From positions 101 through 64,100 of the forward strand of contig DFDU01000046.1 in assembly GCA_002369325.1 (NCBI GenBank): DNA of 64,000 nt, in the 5' to 3' direction. The notes beneath the pieces are model-generated. The model was not told the origin of the DNA, did no database searches, and saw only the letters and a program-made list of their open reading frames with translations. Positions 1 through 9,468 of this stretch are shown here, in pieces (positions within the stretch are counted from its first letter, which is position 1; each line of letters starts with the position of its first letter). The DNA comes from Lachnospiraceae bacterium UBA3820. GTDB taxonomy: Bacteria > Bacillota > Clostridia > Lachnospirales > Lachnospiraceae. The translations under genes were made by a program, and so were the position numbers.

Positions 1-774
1 CCTGTCTTCACCGTTAGTAACATTCATCTTTTGCTTGTCCATTATGTGAATTATGCTGTCAATCAAATCTCTTGTTTCCGCAGCTTTTTCAAACTCCATC
101 TCATCTGCATAACTCTTCATCTTCTCTTTTAACGAATTTACTGTATCTTTATAATTTCCGTTCAAAAAGCCAATTGCTTTTTCAATGTTTTCTTTATATT
201 CTTCCGATGAAATGTGATTGTTACACGGAGCACTGCATTGACCAATCTGATAATAAAGGCACGGTCTTTCCTTTCCGATATCACGAGGTAGATTTCGATT
301 ACAATTACGAAGCTTATAGAGTTTATTAAGAAGCTCTATCGTGTCCTTAACCGCTCCCGGATTAGTATATGGTCCGAAATATTTGGATTTATCGCGTTTC
401 ATATTATGGCTAAACAGTATTCTCGGAAACGCATCATTTACGGTAATTTTAATATATGGATATCCCTTATCATCCGTCATCATGGTATTGTATTTCGGAC
501 GGTATTCTTTTATAAGATTGCACTCCAAAACCAGTGCCTCCATCTCTGACGAAGTCACTATATATTCAAAATATGCAATCTGCGAAACCATCTTAATAAT
601 CTTCGGAGAATTATTATGACCATGACCTTCTCGAAAATACTGTCTTACTCTGCTATGAAGGTTGACAGCCTTTCCGACATATAGAATATCATCATTTTCA
701 CTATGCATAATATAAACTCCCGGTTTGTTCGGAAGCTTGCTTAATTCTGTTTCAATATCAAATATTTTATCCAT
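1..774 (-). CDS. uvrC: Excinuclease ABC subunit C, 5' part (runs off the left edge of the window)
   Basis: Not in the ORF track. Manual translation from ATG at 774 gives [47 protein letters not shown], the GIY-YIG N-terminus of UvrC. Confidence 0.95.
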   Translation of the reverse strand, partial: MDKIFDIETELSKLPNKPGVYIMHSENDDILYVGKAVNLHSRVRQYFREGHGHNNSPKIIKMVSQIAYFEYIVTSSEMEALVLECNLIKEYRPKYNTMMTDDKGYPYIKITVNDAFPRILFSHNMKRDKSKYFGPYTNPGAVKDTIELLNKLYKLRNCNRNLPRDIGKERPCLYYQIGQCSAPCNNHISSEEYKENIEKAIGFLNGNYKDTVNSLKEKMKSYADEMEFEKAAETRDLIDSIIHIMDKQKMNVTNGEDR

Positions 775-803
775 AATGATTTACCTTAAAAAACGCCTTG
801 CCT

Positions 804-910
804 AGCTTATCGCAAACTCGCAACTTTCGTTGCTCGTTTTACGTTACTCGTCATATAGAAAAAACCTCGTGCATGCACGGTTTTTTCTGCATGCCGAGCT
901 TATCGCGAAA
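804..910. repeat. Multi-hairpin intergenic palindromic element (element A)
   Basis: Hairpins GCAAC-TTTC-GTTGC and AGAAAAAACC...GGTTTTTTCT, bounded by the 10-bp direct repeat AGCTTATCGC (804-813, 897-906). Confidence 0.6.
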
Positions 911-937
911 ATAAAGGGGGTATTTGAAAATACCCCC
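908..937 (-). terminator. Rho-independent terminator of the 969..3053 gene
   Basis: GGGGGTATT/AATACCCCC stem followed by a T-rich tract on the minus strand. Confidence 0.7.
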
Positions 938-968
938 AATATATGATAAAGGTTTTTTTGTGTCTTGA

Positions 969-3053
969 TTATAATAAATCGGCTCTTAATTTCTTAATTA
1001 CCTGAAGAGTCTTATCTCTTAACTCTTCTGCATCATAGAGTGCCATCATTGTATTTCTGTCAATCTTGGCAGCTATAACGGCATCAAGCCAATCATTTAC
1101 ATATGACTGAACGTAAGCAACGTTCTCGTCTGACTTATCCTTAAGTGCTACTATTATATTATTTAAATTTTCGATTACAGTAGGTGTTGAGTTAGTGTTG
1201 GAAACAGGTGTCTGTGTACTCTCGTCAGACAACTCAATTACCTTACCTGTCTTGGTAATGATAACCTTCTTGTTAGGTGCGGATTCTGTCTTTGATGAAC
1301 TGCCGCCCTTCTTATCAAGAAGCTTCTCAACTACCTTTATCAGACAAACAACACTGTATGTACTCTCCTCAGGAGTCTGCTTAACATTGCCTTTCTCAGA
1401 ATATTGATGCCACATCCATTCGGACTTAAGAAGCATCTCTTCAATCTTTGTATCCGACAAAAGCTTAGCTAAATCAGGATCCAATGCAGGTGCTGAAGCC
1501 TTACTGAATAATCCTCCGCTTTTCTGAACCTCAGGCTTCTTATATTTAGCAGGCAATACTATTTCGTTAAATGTCTTTATAAGAAGTTTTTCAGCAGCCT
1601 TAGGATCGTAGCTGTTACTTATAATATTTACCCTGCCGCTGTTAAGACCGTTTACGATCATATCCTCAGCTGTCATAAATACAAGAGCCTTCTGTCTGTC
1701 ATCAAGCAACTGTTTAATCTCATAATTTGTCTTAGACTTTTCAAGTATTGAATTCTTTCTTACCTTAAACGCCTTAATCTTCTCCTTAACACTGAAGAAC
1801 AACTTAAGCAACGTAGGATTCGCGTTAACATAGTTTCCTATCCAGGTAAGCTCAACGTATTGGTGCTCTATTTTATTTGAAATTTCATATACGTTGTAAC
1901 CATCAAATATTACATTCATTGTTGTATAAAGTAAATCAAGTATCTCATACTTTTCTTCCCATGCACGTGAAGAATTATCCTGGCTAACAAGATCCTTTAT
2001 ACCACACTCGTAAAATACAAGATTGTATTCGTAGAGTCCTTCAAAAACATTTGTCTTATCCTTAAGAGATGCACCAGCTCCGAGAATCTGAAGATTTTTC
2101 TTCATCTCAGGCTCATTTTCAATATATTGATAAACTTTCTTAATGAACGAACAAACTTCAGAAATAAGTGTATCAATCCTCTTATTGTAAATCTCCTGCT
2201 TTGATATAGCGTTTACAACACTTCTGCTAAGTACTGTTGTATTTTGAGGTGAATTACAATTTCTGATAAGTTCCTTAAAGCTTTCATATACTGCCATATT
2301 ATCAATCGGTATATATTCAGCATTAAGTCCATAGAATTCAAATGCCTTATCAAAATCCTTATTGGTAATATATGCATTAAACAATCCAATAGAGAACTGA
2401 ATCTTGTAGTCATTTCCTACGTGAGGGTCTTCAACAACATAATCGAACAATACTTCAAGATTGTTCATATAAGACTCTGAATTGATATCAGATGTAGGTA
2501 TACCCATTTCCATGATAACATTTATCAAATCAAGGTAACCCATAACTGCTTTATCAAAGTTCTTAGGTCTGTCATCGTCCTCAAGAATCTGATAGCTGAC
2601 ATTTATAAGAAGCGGAGCAATACGCTCACCTATAAGTTTCATAGCGTCAACAAATTTTTCTCTCTGATACAAATATATCAACCATATACTGTAACGATAT
2701 ATACCTGAAGTACTGATAGGTGCATCAATATCAGAAGGATCTATATCGCCATATACAAATCTGAATAACGGTTCAATCCATTCTTCAATTTCATAACGGC
2801 CTGTAGCTTTAATATTTGTGTCAACAAATTCTCCAAGTTCATAAAGCTTTGAGCACTGAGCTTTTACTTCATCATCAACCATCATACTGGACAAATCGAA
2901 ATTGCTGTCCTTAAGATAATCAATAACTAAAGCATAGAATCCATCTTCAACCTGTTCATTAAGGAATCTTATGAGAAGTGCTTTATTATTAGAAGCTGCG
3001 ATTGACAAAACATTATTATCCGAACCTGATGTTATATTAGCCGGTAATGCCAT
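969..3053 (-). CDS. Hypothetical 694-aa protein, probably largely alpha-helical
   Basis: Long ORF with an AAGGGGG RBS-like sequence upstream; no motif recognised. Confidence 0.85.
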   Translation of the reverse strand: MALPANITSGSDNNVLSIAASNNKALLIRFLNEQVEDGFYALVIDYLKDSNFDLSSMMVDDEVKAQCSKLYELGEFVDTNIKATGRYEIEEWIEPLFRFVYGDIDPSDIDAPISTSGIYRYSIWLIYLYQREKFVDAMKLIGERIAPLLINVSYQILEDDDRPKNFDKAVMGYLDLINVIMEMGIPTSDINSESYMNNLEVLFDYVVEDPHVGNDYKIQFSIGLFNAYITNKDFDKAFEFYGLNAEYIPIDNMAVYESFKELIRNCNSPQNTTVLSRSVVNAISKQEIYNKRIDTLISEVCSFIKKVYQYIENEPEMKKNLQILGAGASLKDKTNVFEGLYEYNLVFYECGIKDLVSQDNSSRAWEEKYEILDLLYTTMNVIFDGYNVYEISNKIEHQYVELTWIGNYVNANPTLLKLFFSVKEKIKAFKVRKNSILEKSKTNYEIKQLLDDRQKALVFMTAEDMIVNGLNSGRVNIISNSYDPKAAEKLLIKTFNEIVLPAKYKKPEVQKSGGLFSKASAPALDPDLAKLLSDTKIEEMLLKSEWMWHQYSEKGNVKQTPEESTYSVVCLIKVVEKLLDKKGGSSSKTESAPNKKVIITKTGKVIELSDESTQTPVSNTNSTPTVIENLNNIIVALKDKSDENVAYVQSYVNDWLDAVIAAKIDRNTMMALYDAEELRDKTLQVIKKLRADLL

Positions 3054-3225
3054 AAGATATCATCCCCCTTATAAATCTTATTCACTTTAATAATTTTATA
3101 CCATTTAAAACTAAAGTGTCAACAGATAATTTGGCAATTTTTAATAATTGGCATTGTGCATAATTAACAAGTTTTTTTTAACAATTTTATTTTAGGTTTT
3201 TATGCAATATGTCAATAAATCATTT

Positions 3226-5025
3226 TTATACTTCAAAACCTGCCAATCGTAAAATAGCCAACGCATTAGTTGTTGTACATTTTCCACTACGAATTTTGTA
3301 ATCAAATTTTAATTCGTCATTATCATAATATTCTTCAAAATGATAATTATCCGCTCTGTTTTTATCTTTGTCTTCTATATCGCAGAGCTCAAAATCGTGT
3401 GTAGAAACAAGCGTAATACATTTTTCACCCGCCAATCTTGTTATGGCTTCGCGTGCGCCTACTATACGATCCGCTGAATTTGTTCCCTTAAAAATTTCAT
3501 CTATCAGGCAAATCATCGGAATATCTTTTTCTTTAAACTTCGCCATTGCCTTTATTCTCAAAATCTCAGCGTAAAATGTTGAGATTCCGTTTGCAACATC
3601 ATCCATAACTCTCATCGAAGTAAAAATTTTCATATAATTTGCCTTGAATTTTTTTGCGCAAACCGGCGCACCCATATATGCCAGTACAAGATTCACTGCT
3701 ACTGTTCTTAAAAACGTCGTTTTTCCGGACATATTGGAACCGGTTATAATTGTGGCTCCTCCGGATAATTTTATACTGTTTTCAACAACCTTTTCCGGAT
3801 TAATAAGCGGATGAAACATCTCATCTGCCTCAAATCCTGCTTTTTTGTTATCCTCATATATTCCTGCCCATCCGGTTTCACGTATACATCCCAAAACAGA
3901 CAGACTTAAAAGATTTTCCGTTTCAGCTATAACATCGAAGGTCCTAACAAGGTTTTCTCCAAATCTTTTTTTCCACTTTGATGTAAAATGTGCAATATGA
4001 TAATCCCATAGGAACAAACCGGTAAAAATAATATGCAAAAACGGATTATATGAAATATTATATGCCTGACTGATTTTCTTCAATGATTTGAAAGCATTAA
4101 CAGCTCCGCATTCTCCGGAAATATGTTCCTTTAATTCCGTGATAAGCGCGGATTCAAATTTTTCATTTTCCAACAAAAGAAGCATATCCTCATATTCTTC
4201 GATGGCCGGTCCCATAGAATAAAAGGGAACTATGGTATTTTCGGTTATACCCGAAGTAAAACCTGCCAACGCAAGAATCGCGATAAAGCCGGCAAGCGGA
4301 ATACCATAATTAAAAAAGCCAAGCACACTTAACACTATCAATGCTATTTCAATCATCGGAAAAACAAATTTTGCCACTTCAATCCATGCAGGCAGAACTC
4401 CTGTCTTATCGTCATCGCAATAATTCAAAAATCTATCTATATCCTGCTTATGTTTATTCTCCGATAATCTGATTCCCGCAGACTCAAAGGCAATAGCAAA
4501 TTCTTTCTTTTCCATAAGCTCGGCTACGGCATCATTTTTCTTTTTTAATTTTGATAAATCAAAATTTTTTAATTTTAGATTGTCAGCAAAAAGCCTTCTT
4601 CCCTTTTCGGTATGACATACATTAATAAGTTGAAACAATGAGTCCTTTCCCAAAAGATCTATATCTCTTGAAACAGTATCATCATCCTCAAGGAACTCCT
4701 TTCCGGTATCGGAAAAATTTCTCCACTGCTCCGAAAACCTGTCATTATATCTTCCGACTGTTTTTAGCTTGCTTTTTGTTTCCTCCTGCTTTTTTACAAC
4801 CTCACCATGAATTCTGACAAAAAGCAAAAAAGCTGCCAGCAAAAGTACCCCGAAGATTCCGGCTATCACCAGGTCATCAAATATACCTATAAGCAAAAGA
4901 GCAAGTCCCAACAAAAAAGAAAAAATGCGAAGCGTGGAAATATGAGAAAACTTTTTTTCAAGGAGCTGCTCCTCTTCAGAATAAATATTAAATTTTTCAT
5001 TATAAAATTTTTTATTGTTATTCAT
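3226..5025 (-). CDS. Membrane-anchored MutS-related protein (MutS domain V ATPase)
   Basis: TGSNMSGKTTFLR Walker A, ISTFYAE, LIDEIFKGTN and STHD motifs; hydrophobic segments. Start placed at MNNNKK (5025), overlapping the upstream gene end. Confidence 0.9.
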   Translation of the reverse strand: MNNNKKFYNEKFNIYSEEEQLLEKKFSHISTLRIFSFLLGLALLLIGIFDDLVIAGIFGVLLLAAFLLFVRIHGEVVKKQEETKSKLKTVGRYNDRFSEQWRNFSDTGKEFLEDDDTVSRDIDLLGKDSLFQLINVCHTEKGRRLFADNLKLKNFDLSKLKKKNDAVAELMEKKEFAIAFESAGIRLSENKHKQDIDRFLNYCDDDKTGVLPAWIEVAKFVFPMIEIALIVLSVLGFFNYGIPLAGFIAILALAGFTSGITENTIVPFYSMGPAIEEYEDMLLLLENEKFESALITELKEHISGECGAVNAFKSLKKISQAYNISYNPFLHIIFTGLFLWDYHIAHFTSKWKKRFGENLVRTFDVIAETENLLSLSVLGCIRETGWAGIYEDNKKAGFEADEMFHPLINPEKVVENSIKLSGGATIITGSNMSGKTTFLRTVAVNLVLAYMGAPVCAKKFKANYMKIFTSMRVMDDVANGISTFYAEILRIKAMAKFKEKDIPMICLIDEIFKGTNSADRIVGAREAITRLAGEKCITLVSTHDFELCDIEDKDKNRADNYHFEEYYDNDELKFDYKIRSGKCTTTNALAILRLAGFEV

Positions 5026-5233
5026 CTTTACCATTACCCGAAGCTTTAATATTTTCATCTTCGTTATTTTTCTTAACCATTGCAAAGAAAATAACCAAAA
5101 AAACTATACCTACGATTATAGTCGCAATACCCAGCACAACCTTGCCTATTACACACATTACAATACCGACTATTATCATAAGTATGCTGCACACAAGAAA
5201 ATTTTTTTCTGTTTCCAATAGTTTTCTGTTCAT
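5018..5233 (-). CDS. Small two-TM membrane protein
   Basis: Two hydrophobic segments; overlaps the start of the MutS-related gene; start placed at MNRKLL. Confidence 0.7.
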   Translation of the reverse strand: MNRKLLETEKNFLVCSILMIIVGIVMCVIGKVVLGIATIIVGIVFLVIFFAMVKKNNEDENIKASGNGKDE

Positions 5234-5262
5234 ATCAATACCTGCCTTATTATTATAGTCTA

Positions 5263-5291
5263 ATTGTAACACATCTTTTAAATCAAGGCAA
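5263..5291 (-). promoter_or_regulatory. Putative sigma-A promoter
   Basis: TTGCCT-17 bp-TACAAT with extended -10 TG. Confidence 0.5.
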
Positions 5292-5356
5292 TTTTCAACT
5301 GTTAAAAAAGCTTTAAAATTCGGTGAAAAATATTTGATAACAAGTAATTTATACGC

Positions 5357-5385
5357 TTGATTTTTAAATATACTTGTATTAGAAT
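5357..5385 (+). promoter_or_regulatory. Putative sigma-A promoter of the 5436 gene
   Basis: TTGATT-17 bp-TAGAAT. Confidence 0.5.
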
Positions 5386-5435
5386 ATTATTTACATTAGA
5401 TGTTGAAACTATATATGTGAAAAGGAGAGAAATCA

Positions 5436-5831
5436 ATGGGTAAATTAATAAAAGGTTTAGTTACAATAACTGCCGCAACAGCTGCTGTTGGTGGATTATG
5501 TTATGTATTCAAGGATCAGATCAAAGAAAGCAAAGTATATAAAGACCACAATGTTGATGAAAAAATCAATAAAATCAAGACTTCCATAAATGAAAACGAA
5601 AAAATCAACAAAGTTAAAACCTCTATTAAGGAGAACGAAACCTTCAATAAGGTAAAAAATACAATCAAGGAAAAGATGCCTAAGTTTTCAGAGAAGGAAG
5701 AGGATTATGTAGATGAAGGCGAAATCTTCTTCGATGACCTGGATGCTGCAGCAAGCGACAGAGATTATGTTTCTCTTGCAGGTGAAGAAAGCACCGAAGA
5801 GACATCTGAGGCTTCACCATCGGAAGCATAA
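5436..5831 (+). CDS. Hypothetical protein with N-terminal membrane anchor, three 13-aa repeats and acidic tail
   Basis: AAGGAG RBS; repeats EKINKIKTSINEN / EKINKVKTSIKEN / ETFNKVKNTIKEK. Confidence 0.85.
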   Translation: MGKLIKGLVTITAATAAVGGLCYVFKDQIKESKVYKDHNVDEKINKIKTSINENEKINKVKTSIKENETFNKVKNTIKEKMPKFSEKEEDYVDEGEIFFDDLDAAASDRDYVSLAGEESTEETSEASPSEA

Positions 5832-5840
5832 TAAATTAAA

Positions 5841-5884
5841 AACATAAAAATAAAACGGCGGAACCGCCGTTTTATTTTTATGTT
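5841..5884. terminator. Bidirectional terminator
   Basis: Long inverted repeat AACATAAAAATAAAACGGCGG/CCGCCGTTTTATTTTTATGTT between convergent genes. Confidence 0.85.
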
Positions 5885-5894
5885 CATTATCATT

Positions 5895-6878
5895 CTAATC
5901 ATCTATATCCGCTTTAAAAAGCTTCTTATGCTCGTACATTGCATTATCGGCACGTTCATATACCGTATGTGCATTCTCGTCAAGTGCACATGAATATACA
6001 CCCATTCCGCAAGCTAATGTGACAAAGTCCTTTTTACGATTACTCTTACTTATATTCTTAATTGTTTCCAAAAGAACATTTCTGTAAATATAATCTTCAC
6101 CGGTAAGAATCAGGGCAAACTCATCTCCTCCGACTCTGTAGACCGGACTGTGCTTGTACGTATCACAAATAATCTTAGCGGCATCTTTAATATATTCGTC
6201 TCCCATGCGATGGCCCCTATCGTCATTCACATCATTTAAATCATTTATATTGCAAATAACGATTGCAAATTCCTGAATAGTTATACTGTTTCTTAGTTGT
6301 TCATTAAGTTTTTCCTCATCGGCAAGATATGCCGCTTTGTTTTTTAAACCCGTCAAAGCATCTTTTCTTGCAAAATTGAGCATTGTTTCCATCTCAAGCT
6401 TCTTCTTCATGGAATCATTAATATTTGTAACTCCGATAATCACATGTTCATTATCCTTTTCAGAATAAACAGCACGTAAATTAACATACTCGGGCTTTTC
6501 ATCGATCATTAACCTGTAGGTTATGGAATAAGGCGATTTTTCATTGAGATCCCTTAAAAAATTTTCCTTTTGCATGGCATCAACCATCATTGAAAAATCT
6601 TCTGAAAATATATTATGCTTCAGATTTCGCTGTGTATCTCCGAAGAAATCCGTTCCCTTGGTATCAAATTTAAGTTGAGTATATTTCTCGCTTGAACTGT
6701 ATTCTTCATATTCCCCTGTTGTCAAATTGACATAATAAATAACCTCATACCTGACAGCAAGAGCTTTTGCTATCTGACCGTAAAACGCCTTATCTTCATC
6801 AAACTCAACAAAACGTCTACTCTTTAATTTACCGGCCATAACCTCATTGTAATTCAAAGTATTATTCTCTTTTTCCAT
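5895..6878 (-). CDS. GGDEF-domain protein with N-terminal PAS-like region
   Basis: DALTGLKN and YRVGGDEF motifs; ADNAMY helix. Confidence 0.9.
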   Translation of the reverse strand: MEKENNTLNYNEVMAGKLKSRRFVEFDEDKAFYGQIAKALAVRYEVIYYVNLTTGEYEEYSSSEKYTQLKFDTKGTDFFGDTQRNLKHNIFSEDFSMMVDAMQKENFLRDLNEKSPYSITYRLMIDEKPEYVNLRAVYSEKDNEHVIIGVTNINDSMKKKLEMETMLNFARKDALTGLKNKAAYLADEEKLNEQLRNSITIQEFAIVICNINDLNDVNDDRGHRMGDEYIKDAAKIICDTYKHSPVYRVGGDEFALILTGEDYIYRNVLLETIKNISKSNRKKDFVTLACGMGVYSCALDENAHTVYERADNAMYEHKKLFKADIDD

Positions 6879-6960
6879 ATCGCAATCCCCAATTTAAAAA
6901 ATAATTTACTACAAAAATCATTATAACAAACGTTTAAATTTCTTTCAAGACAAAACAAAA

Positions 6961-6986
6961 CAGAGAAGGATAAAATCCTTCCCTGT
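6961..6986 (-). terminator. Terminator after the cell wall hydrolase gene
   Basis: CAGAGAAGGAT/ATCCTTCCCTG stem with a T-rich tract on the minus strand. Confidence 0.55.
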
Positions 6987-7012
6987 CTACGTTGTATATT
7001 ATTAGGGCTTTT

Positions 7013-8371
7013 TTAGAAAAAGCAATGGTTTCCAATTATCGTATAACTTCCCAGACTTGAAGTATCAACATTATACAACGGTCTGAATGACATATATCCA
7101 CCGATATTATTCGTTCCTGCACATGCTTCCCTCGCAGCCTGCAGACAGCTTGGTGAAACATATGTATTGAAGCTTGCACTGTTAACTACCGTAAATTGTC
7201 TTGGAGCATATACAACATCACTCATTGTACTTCCCCATCTTCCCGACTGTAATCTGTTAAGGATTACATTTGCAACCGCAAGCTGTCCTTCATAAGACTC
7301 ATTACCACATTCAAGTGTCATAACTGCTGCCATAAGATAAATATCTTCTTCGCTGAGGGATACGCATCCTCTTGCTGTAACCTCAACACTCGTCTGATTG
7401 TCAGTCGGTTGAGCCTCGGTCGTCGGCGTTTCTGTTGCAGGTGCCTCAACTGCCTGAACCTCAGTTGTCTTCGTGTTCTCTTTCTCTGCATCCTGCTTTT
7501 TATCGTCAGAGCTTTCTTTCTTATCCTCTATTTCCTCATCCTTCTTGTCATCCGAACTATCATCCTTAGAATCGGAATAAGGGAGTGCTACCGGATAGCC
7601 CTCTGTAACTTCAATATAATCAGCATTTACATAACCCTTATTACTACTGTCTACGGAAATACATACCCAATCCGTAACAGCATCTGTTGCTTCTTTATCA
7701 ACATCATATACAACACCTGTATAAGCTGCGGCAATAACATCCGAATCCTTTGAAGCTTCTTTACGGATATTAACTCCATCTTCCGTTACAACAGCCGTAA
7801 TATCATAAAAGTCCTTTGCATAATCAAAAGCATCGTTACCGGTTTTTACAAATTCGGCATTTACATATCCTGTAACATCACCGGATGTAATATTTAACCA
7901 ATCTCCGTCAACCGAATTAACAACAGCAACGGCACCGTTATCCATCTTTCCTACGATTAAAGAATCCGTATCGGCTTTCTCTCTTACATTAACATTATCA
8001 GAAATTGATACACACTTATTTTCAAACTCTTTATAAGCTTCCGTGAGCATCTCGGATTCTCTTGCCTCTACATCTGCATTACTTCCGGCATCCATATCAG
8101 CCATAAGTATACCGATTGACGAAGCATCCATTGTGCTCATTTCACTTAAATAAATAACCGTCTGCTCATCCTGAGCTTCTTCAACCGCAACAGTTTTCAC
8201 ATCATCTTTTTTATTATTTAATGCCAATGCTCCAATGCCGTATATACCGGTTCCGATTGTTACTATAATAGTTGAAGCTAAAATATTTCTTACTATATAT
8301 CTGCCGTTAAAAACATTCTTTTTTAAGTAAATTTTTGCATTCTGTAATTTAAGTTTAGTCCTTTTGTTCAT
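7013..8371 (-). CDS. Cell wall hydrolase (SleB/Hydrolase_2-like) with two SH3b domains
   Basis: VNVRE...GYVNAEFV and VNIRK...GYVNADYI SH3 repeats; C-terminal ECGNESYEGQLAVANVILNR...IGNHCF; N-terminal TM; GGAG RBS before ATG 8371. Confidence 0.9.
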   Translation of the reverse strand: MNKRTKLKLQNAKIYLKKNVFNGRYIVRNILASTIIVTIGTGIYGIGALALNNKKDDVKTVAVEEAQDEQTVIYLSEMSTMDASSIGILMADMDAGSNADVEARESEMLTEAYKEFENKCVSISDNVNVREKADTDSLIVGKMDNGAVAVVNSVDGDWLNITSGDVTGYVNAEFVKTGNDAFDYAKDFYDITAVVTEDGVNIRKEASKDSDVIAAAYTGVVYDVDKEATDAVTDWVCISVDSSNKGYVNADYIEVTEGYPVALPYSDSKDDSSDDKKDEEIEDKKESSDDKKQDAEKENTKTTEVQAVEAPATETPTTEAQPTDNQTSVEVTARGCVSLSEEDIYLMAAVMTLECGNESYEGQLAVANVILNRLQSGRWGSTMSDVVYAPRQFTVVNSASFNTYVSPSCLQAAREACAGTNNIGGYMSFRPLYNVDTSSLGSYTIIGNHCFF

Positions 8372-8418
8372 GATAAATCTCCACAATTTTGTAACATAAT
8401 TACAATTTAGTTTATTAA

Positions 8419-8506
8419 TGTTACGATTTTGTTACAAAATGATGATACCATATTCCAAAAAACATGTCAACCAATTTGTTACAATTTTGTTACATAATTT
8501 GTTACA
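8419..8506 (-). promoter_or_regulatory. Sigma-A promoter flanked by WalR-like boxes
   Basis: TTGACA(8470-8465)-17 bp-TATCAT. TGTAAC-N5-TGTAAC at 8478-8494 on the minus strand, plus further TGTTAC repeats at 8419-8435 and 8500-8505. Confidence 0.65.
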
Positions 8507-8580
8507 AATCAGTTGACATTTTTTGTTAGATATTCACATTATTCAGCATATTAAGGCTGTTTTATTTATACTATAAAATA

Positions 8581-9450
8581 TTACAAATTCACGTAAGCTA
8601 TCGCTGCCATACCCGGACCCACATGTGTTCCAATTATAGGTCCTATTGATGAAATAAAAATGTTTTCTTCCTTTGCTCCTCTTTCCAAAAGCATTTCCTT
8701 AAGCTTTTCAGCCTTTTCCAAAGCGTCGGCATTTCCTATGTTAAAATGCACCACGGAAAAATCACTTATTTCTTCATCTACCCTGGAGATAAGATAATCA
8801 AGTGCTTTTCCTGTTCCGCGTGCTTTGGATTTAACAATGAGTTTTCCTTCTTCATCCACACTTAAGATAGGTTTGATCTTTAATGCACTTCCTATCATAG
8901 CCTCAACAGTCGATACTCTTCCACCTCGTTTGAGATGGAACAAATCCTCTACCATAAACCAATGTCTTGTCTTATATCTGTTCTCCTCTACCCATGCCTT
9001 AAGCTCATCTATGTTAAGTCCTTCTTTTTTCTTTAAGTCGGTTTCATATAACAGAATACCGCCTCCTACACTTGCAGAAAAAGAATCAATTATTTCTATT
9101 CTGGCATCCGGATATTTGTCAGTTACCATATCCGCCGCTATAAGAGCAGATTGAATGGAACCGCTGAGACCGGAAGTAAAGCAAAGATATAAAATATCCT
9201 TTCCGTCCTTTACAATATCCTCAAAGCACTTCTTGTAGGTATCCGGATTGATCTGAGATGTAACAGGCATGGATCCTTTTCTGATTTTATCATAAAAGTC
9301 CTTTATGTTGCCATCTCTCTCATCCATATAAAAAGGAACAACCTCATCATTTATTGAATACGAAAACGGCAAAAGCTGTACATCCATGGTTTTTAACACT
9401 TCAGGTGCCATATCTTCCGTCGTATCTCCAATCAAAACAAAATCCTTCAT
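8581..9450 (-). CDS. DegV family fatty-acid binding protein
   Basis: PVTSQ, TSGLSGS, LKRGGR and GTHVGPG motifs. Confidence 0.95.
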   Translation of the reverse strand: MKDFVLIGDTTEDMAPEVLKTMDVQLLPFSYSINDEVVPFYMDERDGNIKDFYDKIRKGSMPVTSQINPDTYKKCFEDIVKDGKDILYLCFTSGLSGSIQSALIAADMVTDKYPDARIEIIDSFSASVGGGILLYETDLKKKEGLNIDELKAWVEENRYKTRHWFMVEDLFHLKRGGRVSTVEAMIGSALKIKPILSVDEEGKLIVKSKARGTGKALDYLISRVDEEISDFSVVHFNIGNADALEKAEKLKEMLLERGAKEENIFISSIGPIIGTHVGPGMAAIAYVNL

Positions 9451-9468
9451 ATATTTACCCTCCCAATA

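Noticed and set aside
72-619. Plus-strand ORFs 72..329 and 341..619
   Set aside because: They are antisense shadows of uvrC.
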